Below, one piece after another: positions 23,246 to 31,900 of a stretch of DNA of 36,668 nt. This DNA is from an uncultured Clostridia bacterium (GTDB lineage: Bacteria > Bacillota > Clostridia > Christensenellales > Borkfalkiaceae). The number at the start of each line of letters is the position of its first letter. Within the stretch, counting starts at the first letter, position 1. Under the pieces are notes generated by a model. That model saw nothing but the letters and a program-made list of their open reading frames with translations, did no database searches and had not been told where the DNA came from. The position numbers were made by a program, and so were the translations under genes. The DNA lies in contig CANPWF010000001.1 in assembly GCA_947581885.1 (NCBI GenBank), forward strand, positions 1-36,668. Direction: 5' to 3'.

Positions 23246-26050
23246 ATGCGTAATTTTTCCATCCAATTTACCTATCCGTGGCTGTTGCTCCTTCTGATCC
23301 CCGCTGCGGCACTCACCGTGTTTTTGTATCTGCGCCTCAACAAGAAGTTCAGAAAGAACAGAAACCGTGTCGTCTCCGTCATTTTGCATTCGCTCGTCAT
23401 GGTGCTGTGCATTCTGACCATCTCGGGGATCACCTTCCACTACGATGTGGGGAACGCCGAGAACGAACTCATCCTTTTGGTGGATGTTTCGGACACGACG
23501 GAGGAGAATAAGGCAGAGAAAGAGAGTTTTGTACGGGCGGTCTTGCAGGAGAGCGGGTACGAAAGCTGTCGCGTAGCCGTCGTGACATTCGGCTTCACGC
23601 AGGAGACGGCGGTCCCGCTGACCTATGATGCGGACGAAGCATACGAATTGTATTTGGATGCAGAACTTCCCGATACGAGCGCGACGGACATCGCCGCCGC
23701 CCTGCGATACGCGCAGGGCCTCTTCGAGCACCCCGAGACGGGTAAGATCGTGCTTGTTTCCGACGGCAAACAGACGGACGAAGAGGCGATTTCCGTCATC
23801 CGCTCCATTGCCGCACAGGGCGTCACCGTGGATACGGTGTATTTCCCGAGCGATTATTCTGATGAGGTCGTGCAGATCGCTGGAATCGGACTTCCCGACT
23901 ACAACGTCAGGACGGGGGAGAATTGTCCCATTGACGTGATCATCGAGAGCCGCGAAAACATCGCGGAGGCGGAGATCGAACTGTTCGATAACGGTTCGTC
24001 GGTAGGGGAGAGCGGTTCGCAGACCGTGGAATTGTCCCCCGGGACGCAGACGGTGCGGTTCAACCATGCGTTCGGCGAACAGGGCTTGCATGAACTGTTC
24101 GCGCGCGTCCGTTACCAAAACGAGAAATTGCAGATCAACAACGAGTACTATGCATACCGCTGGATCCAAGTCCACAACAAGTTGCTCATTTTGGAACAGG
24201 CGGATGAGTCCGAGCGGCTCGTCCAACTTCTGGAAGAGGATGAGGTGAATTACAAGATCGACGTCGTAAACCTCAAAAATTCGACGGATATCCCCACCGA
24301 CGTAGACGGATTGCGGGTGTACGACCAAGTTATTCTCAATAATATCGCCAGCCGCGACCTCAAAGAGAAGGGGTTGGACGTCATGCTGTACGATTATGTC
24401 AACACGTATGGGGGCGGCGTCTTTACGACGGGAGGCATGGAGACGGACGGCGAGACCGCGCACGCCTATAACCGCGCGGATATGAACAATACGCTGTACC
24501 AACAGATGTTGCCCGTGCAGGCGATCGACTATACGCCGCCGGTGGGCGTGTTTATCGTCATCGATATTTCGGGCAGTATGTTGACCTCGGGCGCGCAGGG
24601 AAGGAGCAAGCTCGAATGGGCGAAGCAAGGCGCGATCGAATGTTATAGAGCGCTTACCGAGCGCGACTACATCGGTATTATGACGATGGACACGGATTAC
24701 GGCATGGTGCTCGATCTTACGTCTTGTACGCAGGAACAACGCATTGAATCAGCGATTCTCGGTGTCGGAAAGGGACAGAGCACAATCTACTCTACGGCGA
24801 TCGACCGTGCTGCACAGCGGCTTGCCAATCTCAAAACCGTGGATAAACGGCACATCATTCTCGTTACGGACGGCCAACCTTCCCAAGATGACGAAGCGGC
24901 TTACCTTGAAAATGCGGCAAATGCAAATAAAAACCATGGGATCACACTTTCCGTTGTCTTGATTGGCACAGAAGGATCGGGCGACGCGACAAAGATGAGC
25001 AAACTCGTGGATAAGGACCACGGAAACGGAAGACTGTATTTTGCGCAAGACAGCCAGCTCCTTGAGAAAATGAGAGACGACGTAAAAGCACCCGAGATCA
25101 AAGATGTTCAATATGTCGATTTTGACCCGACGATCCCCGCTGAATTCAAGGAGTCACCACTCTTTAGCGGGGTGGCAACAAAGGGGACTGATATCGGAGA
25201 CCGAAACACGGTGGATGCACCTCTCGGCGGATTCTTTGGTGTAAAGGCACGCTCGCGAGCCGATGTCGTGCTCGTCGGCGAGTACGAGGTGCCCATCTAT
25301 GCGCAGTGGAAGTTCGGTGAAGGCATGGTCGGCAGTTTCATGTGCGACGTCTACAGCGACTGGTCCGCCGACTTCATGGCAAACGACAGCGGGAAGCGGT
25401 TTTTGCGGAATGTGGTCGCCAACCTGATGCCGGTGGATGATATCCGCCCGGGAAGCGTTCGCCTCGACTTGAAAGAGGATAATTATATGAACCGTTTGAG
25501 CGTCTATTCGTCGTTGCAGGGCGGGGAGTATCTCAACGGGAAGATCGTCATGCAGACGGATGCGGGAGAGGTCTCCTATTCTCTCAACGCACTTTCCGAA
25601 ACGCAGGGCGGCGACGTATATGTGACGACGGCGCTCGGCGCGGAGAACAATTATTCCCGTGCCAATTTCGTCGTCAAAAAGAGCGGCGTATATCAAATCT
25701 CCGTCGATCTGTGCTCCGCGGACGGCACGGTGTTGGAGACGGTGGCAATCTACAAGGCGTTTTCCTATTCCGAAGAATTCAACTATTCGGCGGCGGAGGA
25801 CGATGCGCCCGAAAAGTTGATGGCGGAACTCGCGGAGCGCGGGAACGGCACCGTCGTGAAAGCGGACGAATTCTGGGAGATCTTCTCCACATTCGTTACG
25901 TCGCTTGGGAGGGTGTTCGACCCGAGATGGCTGTTCATCGGCCTTGCGATGGCGTTCTTCCTCCTCGATATCGCCGTCAGAAAATTCAAATTCAAATGGT
26001 TGCACGAGATCGTGCGCGAGCATAAAGAAAAAAAGGCAGGTAAGAAATGA
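23246..26050 (+). CDS. Double-VWA membrane protein with a central GATase1-like (DUF1355-type) domain (934 aa)
   Basis: It has an N-terminal TM pair (YPWLLLLLIPAAALTVFLYL; VVSVILHSLVMVLCILTISGI). VWA-1 reads LILLVDVSDTT...VAVVTFG...IVLVSDGKQTD. The middle domain (NKLLILEQ...YDQVILNNIA...YGGGVFTTGG) resembles class-I amidotransferase-like domains of Bat-type proteins. VWA-2 has a canonical MIDAS (FIVIDISGSM...IILVTDGQPS). There is a C-terminal TM (WLFIGLAMAFFLLDIAV). Confidence 0.88.
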   Translation: MRNFSIQFTYPWLLLLLIPAAALTVFLYLRLNKKFRKNRNRVVSVILHSLVMVLCILTISGITFHYDVGNAENELILLVDVSDTTEENKAEKESFVRAVLQESGYESCRVAVVTFGFTQETAVPLTYDADEAYELYLDAELPDTSATDIAAALRYAQGLFEHPETGKIVLVSDGKQTDEEAISVIRSIAAQGVTVDTVYFPSDYSDEVVQIAGIGLPDYNVRTGENCPIDVIIESRENIAEAEIELFDNGSSVGESGSQTVELSPGTQTVRFNHAFGEQGLHELFARVRYQNEKLQINNEYYAYRWIQVHNKLLILEQADESERLVQLLEEDEVNYKIDVVNLKNSTDIPTDVDGLRVYDQVILNNIASRDLKEKGLDVMLYDYVNTYGGGVFTTGGMETDGETAHAYNRADMNNTLYQQMLPVQAIDYTPPVGVFIVIDISGSMLTSGAQGRSKLEWAKQGAIECYRALTERDYIGIMTMDTDYGMVLDLTSCTQEQRIESAILGVGKGQSTIYSTAIDRAAQRLANLKTVDKRHIILVTDGQPSQDDEAAYLENAANANKNHGITLSVVLIGTEGSGDATKMSKLVDKDHGNGRLYFAQDSQLLEKMRDDVKAPEIKDVQYVDFDPTIPAEFKESPLFSGVATKGTDIGDRNTVDAPLGGFFGVKARSRADVVLVGEYEVPIYAQWKFGEGMVGSFMCDVYSDWSADFMANDSGKRFLRNVVANLMPVDDIRPGSVRLDLKEDNYMNRLSVYSSLQGGEYLNGKIVMQTDAGEVSYSLNALSETQGGDVYVTTALGAENNYSRANFVVKKSGVYQISVDLCSADGTVLETVAIYKAFSYSEEFNYSAAEDDAPEKLMAELAERGNGTVVKADEFWEIFSTFVTSLGRVFDPRWLFIGLAMAFFLLDIAVRKFKFKWLHEIVREHKEKKAGKK

Positions 26051-28935
26051 AGATCGGAAAGAGATTGTTCTGTTTGATCCTCGCCTTGTGTCTGTCGCTT
26101 CCGCTCGCCGCCTGCGGCGGGACGGAACTCGAAGCCCCCACGGGGATCGATTTGAGCGAAGAATATATGCTTTCCTGGGACGAGATGAAGAACGCGCGTT
26201 CCTATGAGGTGGAGATCACCGACGTCGCAAGCGGACAGACGAATGTCGATCCGAGCCGCCGCGCGAGTTACGACCTCTCCGCACTCTCCGAGGGCGATTA
26301 TTCCGTTCGTCTGCGCTCGGTGGGCGGGCAGGGGAACAACGAGTTCTCCGAGTGGACGGAAAAGTTTGATTTCCACAGAGAATATGAGTCGGGGCTCATC
26401 TATTCGCTCATCAACAGCGATATGGAATACGCCGTCATCAAGGTGGGGAAAGCCGAGGGCGACGTCGTGATCGAGGACACCTATCGCGGGAGACCCGTCA
26501 CCGCCATCGCCGACGCGGCGTTCCGTTCTGCAGGGGGACGCGTGACAAGTGTGACGTTCGGCAAAAACGTCAGGACTATCGGAGACAGCGCATTTTACAA
26601 CTGCACGGGCCTCACAAAGGTGACGATGAGCGATTCCGTTGTCTCCATCGGCAAGTCCGCCTTCCAAAACTGCGGCGCGCTCGAATCGATGACGCTCTCC
26701 GCCTCGCTGACGACGATCCCCGAGTATGCGTTTGCCTATTGCAAGTCGTTGCAGACGCTGGCGCTCGGCGATAAAATCACCTCGATCGGCGAATCCGCAT
26801 TTACGAATTGTTCTGGTCTCGCGCAGCTCCGACTTCCTGATTCCGTCGCCACTATCGGCGAATACTCGTTCAACGAGAACGACGCGCTTGCCGAAGTCAC
26901 GTTCGGTGCAGGCATCCGGACGATCAAAGGGCGCGCATTTTATGGGTGCGATGCCTTGCGCTCCGTCGTCTTTCCGGCACAACTTGCGGAGGGGAACTCC
27001 CTTTCGTTGGGTATATATGCGTTTTCCAACTGTGACGCGCTTGAAACGGTGGAACTTCCCGAGGGGACGGCTTCCATCGGGGAGGGGTGCTTTTCATACT
27101 CCGAACAGTTTGACAATATCGAGATTCCCGCGAGCGTAGAATCCGTCGGCTTCGGAGCGTTTACGGAGACGGCGCTTGAAAAATCGCAGGAGGGGAACGA
27201 TATGGTATATGCCGACCATTGGTTGCTCTCCATATCCCCTACGCTTTATTTGACATGTCAGACTGTTGACGACACCGTTTTGCGCCCTAACACAGTAGGG
27301 ATCGCCGATCGCGCATTTATCCGTCTCATTACGTCAAGCGACACAGGAATATCCCAATATTCCGGTGCGCCACAATTAGAGCGGATCAATCTGCCCTCCT
27401 CGGTGAAATATATCGGCCAATATGCATTTTACAACTCACCGTCGTTGAGCCGTCTGCACGCATTGAACGGCGGACTGCGGAAGATCGGCGCCTATGCGTT
27501 TGCCGGTTGCGGAGTGCTCAGCGGTGTGCAATTCAGCGAAGGTTTGCTTGAAATCGGTCAGTACGCTTTCTATCTCTGCACATTGTTGAACAATAACCGC
27601 AATGCACCACATTATTTGGTGCCCGAATCGGTCACGCGGATCGGGACCTATGCGTTTCGCGATACGATGCTGTGGACTTCGGCAAATGATAACGATGCGG
27701 TCTACGCCGGAAATTGGGTCGTGGGGTATAAAGGAGCGCCCACAGAGATCACTTTGAGAGAGGGCAACAATGCGGTGGAGGGCATTTCGGATTATGCTTT
27801 CTATAATGCAAGCACGCTGAGAACAGTTTCAAACGTGCAGTTGGCGCGATATGTCGGCGTAGGGGCGTTTTACGGATGCGCGGCGCTTTCCGCAATCAGT
27901 TTAAACAGAGATCTTGAAAAAATCGGTTCATATACGTTTTACGGATGCGCGGCGCTATGGCGCGTCTCACTTCCCACGAGGCTTACTGAGATCGGGGCAT
28001 ATTCGTTCTATAATTGTTCCGGTCTACTTCGAGTTTTGCTTTCGGGGTTTGATTTCGAGGGGCTCGATCTATCGGCGTGTCGCGTGCGCAAGATTGGAGA
28101 GCGTGCGTTTTACGGGTGCGAAGGGTTAAGAGGCGTCAGGTTTGGATCGATGCTTGAATCTCTCGGGACGCGCGCGTTCTACGGATGTACAATGTTGAAA
28201 GAGGTGACGATCCCCGGCACGGTGAAGGAGATCGGCGAAGCCGCCTTTGCCAAGAGCGCGGTTTCTGTCCTCACGTTGGAAAACGGGATAGAGAAGATCG
28301 GAAAGGACGCATTCCGCATGACGTCTGTTGCGGCGGTGCATATTCCTGACAGTGTGAAAGAAATCGGTCAAGCGGCATTTTACGACGCCTCTCAGAACTT
28401 GATCATCGACCTCGGCAACGGGGTGGAGCGCATCGGCGACTACGCCTTCGGGCGCAATTCCGGTGTGGTCGGGAACGTGACGATTCCCGCGAGCGTAAAG
28501 GAGATCGGGAAGTATGCGTTTGCCGAGTGCGTGAACCTCGGGAGTGTCATCTTCCGCGGCGCCCCTTCCTCGATCGGCTCCAATGCGTTTTACCTCTGTT
28601 CTCGTCTTACGTTCTACGTGGCGGACGGGGTAGAACTCCCCGGAGAGGGCTGGAATTCCTCCTTCCGCCCCGAGATAAACGGGTGCACGCTCTCAGACGA
28701 CGGCACCTACGTGTTTTCCGTGACGGTAGGCAATATCCGCTACGGCACGGCGTTCGGCGGACTGACGGCTCCCTCGCGCGCGGGCTTTGATTTTGTGGGT
28801 TGGTCCACGAGCCCCGGCGGCGAGCCCGATTACGCCGCGGGCGACCTTGCGTCAGCGCCGAATGGCATCACGCTGTATGCCGTCTACCGTTATCATACGG
28901 AAACGCCCGAGGGCGGAGCGCCCTCGCAAGAATAA
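26047..28935 (+). CDS. BspA-type LRR surface lipoprotein (962 aa) with a C-terminal Listeria-Bacteroides repeat
   Basis: The start overlaps the VWA stop (ATGA at 26047-26050). The lipobox is PLAAC (Cys codon 26113-26115). One FN3-like module follows (LSWDEMKNARSYEVEI...). The LRR_5-type array spans ~26380-28660 (IGDSAFYNCTGLTKVTM, IGESAFTNCSGLAQLRL, ...). The Flg_new repeat lies at ~28690-28885 (GFDFVGWSTSPGG...ITLYAVY). Confidence 0.92.
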   Translation: MKIGKRLFCLILALCLSLPLAACGGTELEAPTGIDLSEEYMLSWDEMKNARSYEVEITDVASGQTNVDPSRRASYDLSALSEGDYSVRLRSVGGQGNNEFSEWTEKFDFHREYESGLIYSLINSDMEYAVIKVGKAEGDVVIEDTYRGRPVTAIADAAFRSAGGRVTSVTFGKNVRTIGDSAFYNCTGLTKVTMSDSVVSIGKSAFQNCGALESMTLSASLTTIPEYAFAYCKSLQTLALGDKITSIGESAFTNCSGLAQLRLPDSVATIGEYSFNENDALAEVTFGAGIRTIKGRAFYGCDALRSVVFPAQLAEGNSLSLGIYAFSNCDALETVELPEGTASIGEGCFSYSEQFDNIEIPASVESVGFGAFTETALEKSQEGNDMVYADHWLLSISPTLYLTCQTVDDTVLRPNTVGIADRAFIRLITSSDTGISQYSGAPQLERINLPSSVKYIGQYAFYNSPSLSRLHALNGGLRKIGAYAFAGCGVLSGVQFSEGLLEIGQYAFYLCTLLNNNRNAPHYLVPESVTRIGTYAFRDTMLWTSANDNDAVYAGNWVVGYKGAPTEITLREGNNAVEGISDYAFYNASTLRTVSNVQLARYVGVGAFYGCAALSAISLNRDLEKIGSYTFYGCAALWRVSLPTRLTEIGAYSFYNCSGLLRVLLSGFDFEGLDLSACRVRKIGERAFYGCEGLRGVRFGSMLESLGTRAFYGCTMLKEVTIPGTVKEIGEAAFAKSAVSVLTLENGIEKIGKDAFRMTSVAAVHIPDSVKEIGQAAFYDASQNLIIDLGNGVERIGDYAFGRNSGVVGNVTIPASVKEIGKYAFAECVNLGSVIFRGAPSSIGSNAFYLCSRLTFYVADGVELPGEGWNSSFRPEINGCTLSDDGTYVFSVTVGNIRYGTAFGGLTAPSRAGFDFVGWSTSPGGEPDYAAGDLASAPNGITLYAVYRYHTETPEGGAPSQE

Positions 28936-28962
28936 ATGAGTTATCAATGAGGAGTGTTGATT

Positions 28963-31900
28963 ATGAAGCGAATCGGAAAAAGATTGTTGACTTGTATCCT
29001 GATGGCGCTGTGCGCGCTCTGTCTCGTGCTCGCCGCCTGCGGTGAGGGGGACAAGATCGAATTTTCTTTCGAAACAAACGGCGGTTCGCCCATCGAGACG
29101 GTCTATGTCGACAAGGGCGAAACGTACACGTTGCCGACTCCGCAGAGGGAGGGCTACGGTTTCGAGGGCTGGTACGACAATGCGGAATTTTCCGGGACGG
29201 CCGTAACCGAGGTCGTCGCGGAAAATCCCACAAAATACTATGCAAAGTGGGAACAACTCTACGAGATCAAACTCGAACTCGACGGCGGCACGCTCACGAC
29301 TGGGAAACTCTATGCAAAGACCGGCGATGCGATCTACGACGCCGTTAAGGACCTCGTACCAACCAAAGAGGGTTGGCAGTTTGGCGCATGGTATTTGGGC
29401 GGCACAGAACTCTCCCGCGCCACGCAGATGCAAACGGCGGACGTGACCCTCACCGCGCACTATAAAGTGGGCTATAAGGTGGAGATCTACAAACAGGACA
29501 CCGATTTGGAAGGGTACACGAAGGAAGAAAAGGACTATGTTGGCTACGAGTATATCACTTCTACGCCGTACACGCCCAATGTTGCGGTAAGGGGCTTTGA
29601 TCTTGCCGCCACACAGCCTGCGGACGGCGCCGCTCCGGCGATCACTTCCAAAGTTTTGACGGAAACCCCGTCGGATAACGTGTTCCGCCTGTATTACGAC
29701 AGGAAGCTCGTGGAAGTGACGATTGCCCCCAACTATCCCGACGGGCAAGCGGGCACACCCATTCAACGGCAGATCAGGTACGGCTGTGAAATGGAACTTC
29801 CGGTTGCGGAGTTTGCGGCAGACGGCTATTTCCTGTATGCTTGGTCGGCGATGGACGCCGAAGGCAACACGGACGTCATCGAGAGCGACTACATCAAGAG
29901 TTTGCTTGTCAACGTCGATGGAGGCGACGCCGAGTTTTCCGAAACGGTGGAGGTCGGGGAATACACCTCCTTTACCGCCCTTTGGAGCAAGGGCTACACC
30001 GACATGATGCGTGGCGTGGACCGAATTTATCTGTTCCATGAGGACGATACGGTTTGCTATCTCGAACGCTACGGAAAATACTTCGAGGGCGAATACACGC
30101 CGTTGACCCACTCTGCATATTTCTCTAATGGACGGAAATCTTTGGAGGGCCGGTTAAAGGACGACCATACTTTTATCTACGCACTCACTTCTAGAGACAC
30201 AATGACCGCCGACTACTATTCGTTCTCGGACGGCGTTGACAGTACCCGCCAAATCACTTTTGATGCGTATGATGGTCTTACCTATAATAATGGGGGGAGC
30301 TCGTCGGACGGAACATATACGATTGATGCAGCGAATAATTATCACGTTACATTCACGACCGGTGAATTGAGAGGACAAATGCTTGTGTTGCGCCTCTTGC
30401 AATCGACGGTAGATGGCGCAACGCGCACGCTCTTCCAGTTCCGCAACGAGGAAGAGTACGAAATGCCGATCTTGCAGCGTGCGCTCGTCGCCGAGCAGGG
30501 CGGTACCAATGTTGTCACCTATCTCATCAGCAATCTTTTATCCATTGACCTCGATGGCTACGGCATAGCGGTCATGAACCTCGGCGATGACGAGACGACA
30601 AACTATTACTATACACGCACGGAAGAAGCGCTCACCCTCTATAACACCAGCGGCAGAGTCTACGGCGTGTGCAAGTTTGTAATGGTCAGTAACATCTGTT
30701 GCTACATTCCCTATGATGAGGATATGGATGTCACATATACCTCTGAGGACGGAACGCTTAAACTCGATGGCGTCTCCGAGGCAATTTACAGGCCGAAGGG
30801 CAAGGCAACCGTCACCGGGACGTATTCCTACACCGCCTCGGTGTTCGGCGGAAATATCGTGACCGTTGCGATCAACAACGATCACTACGTGTTCCTTGTC
30901 AAGTCCGAAACGTCGGGGGAAGGCGAAGATATCGTTACGACGTACACCTATGAGAGAAAGCCGGACGGGTATGCCGAATATTACCATACGGACGGCAGAT
31001 ACATCAACTTTACCCCCATCATCGTGATCAACGAGACGGCGGAGGGCAGGGCGTCTGTCTACGGCGCTTCGGGTACATCTTCGCAACACGCATTCCACAA
31101 GGTCGCGGCGGGTCTGTACACGTACAACGCCAATCATCAAACGTATGCCCTCACCATCGACCATTGGGAGACGTACCCCGAGGACATTTTGGAGACGCCC
31201 ATCGATCTTCACAATCTCGCTGTCATCGTATTCGGCGTGAACACCACGCGCACGAATACGGCGCTCTATCATGTCTCCTATTGGCAGAGCATCAAGCGCA
31301 CGAGCGATGAAGCCGCGGATGACCTCACGACGACATATACGGGCCGAGTGACGCGTGGCAGTGAAACTGTGAATGCGACACTTTCGCTCGTGGGCGGATT
31401 TGCCATTTTGAAGATTGACACGGAAGATTGGAAAGTCGGTTCGTATTCGACGTCTAACGGTGTCACGACGGTCAACATCGGGCTCACGGAAAACACCTCG
31501 CGCTTCTATGTCGAACTCAACGATGGCGGCACAAAGACTTTCACCCATCTCAACCAACTGCTCGGCAGCGCGCGGGAGCGCAATGCCGACGGCACGTCGA
31601 ACAGTAACGTCACGTTCGAGTTTAACGGCAAGGGCGGCGCGACCCTCGTCACACAGCAGTCGGAGAGCGATCCGAAGCGCGTTGCGGGAACGATTGAGGA
31701 ACAGGACGATATCGAGGGCGTCGAGGGCACCGTCTACAAGTTCACGCCGGCCGAGGAGGGCGATACGCAAGAATTCCGCTTCGTGCTCCTCACTTCGGGC
31801 TCTTACACCTACTTCACCCGCGAGACGACGGACTACAACGGGACCTATACGGAGACGGGCGGCACGGGCACGCTCACGCTCGACGGCTTCGGCTTCCGCG

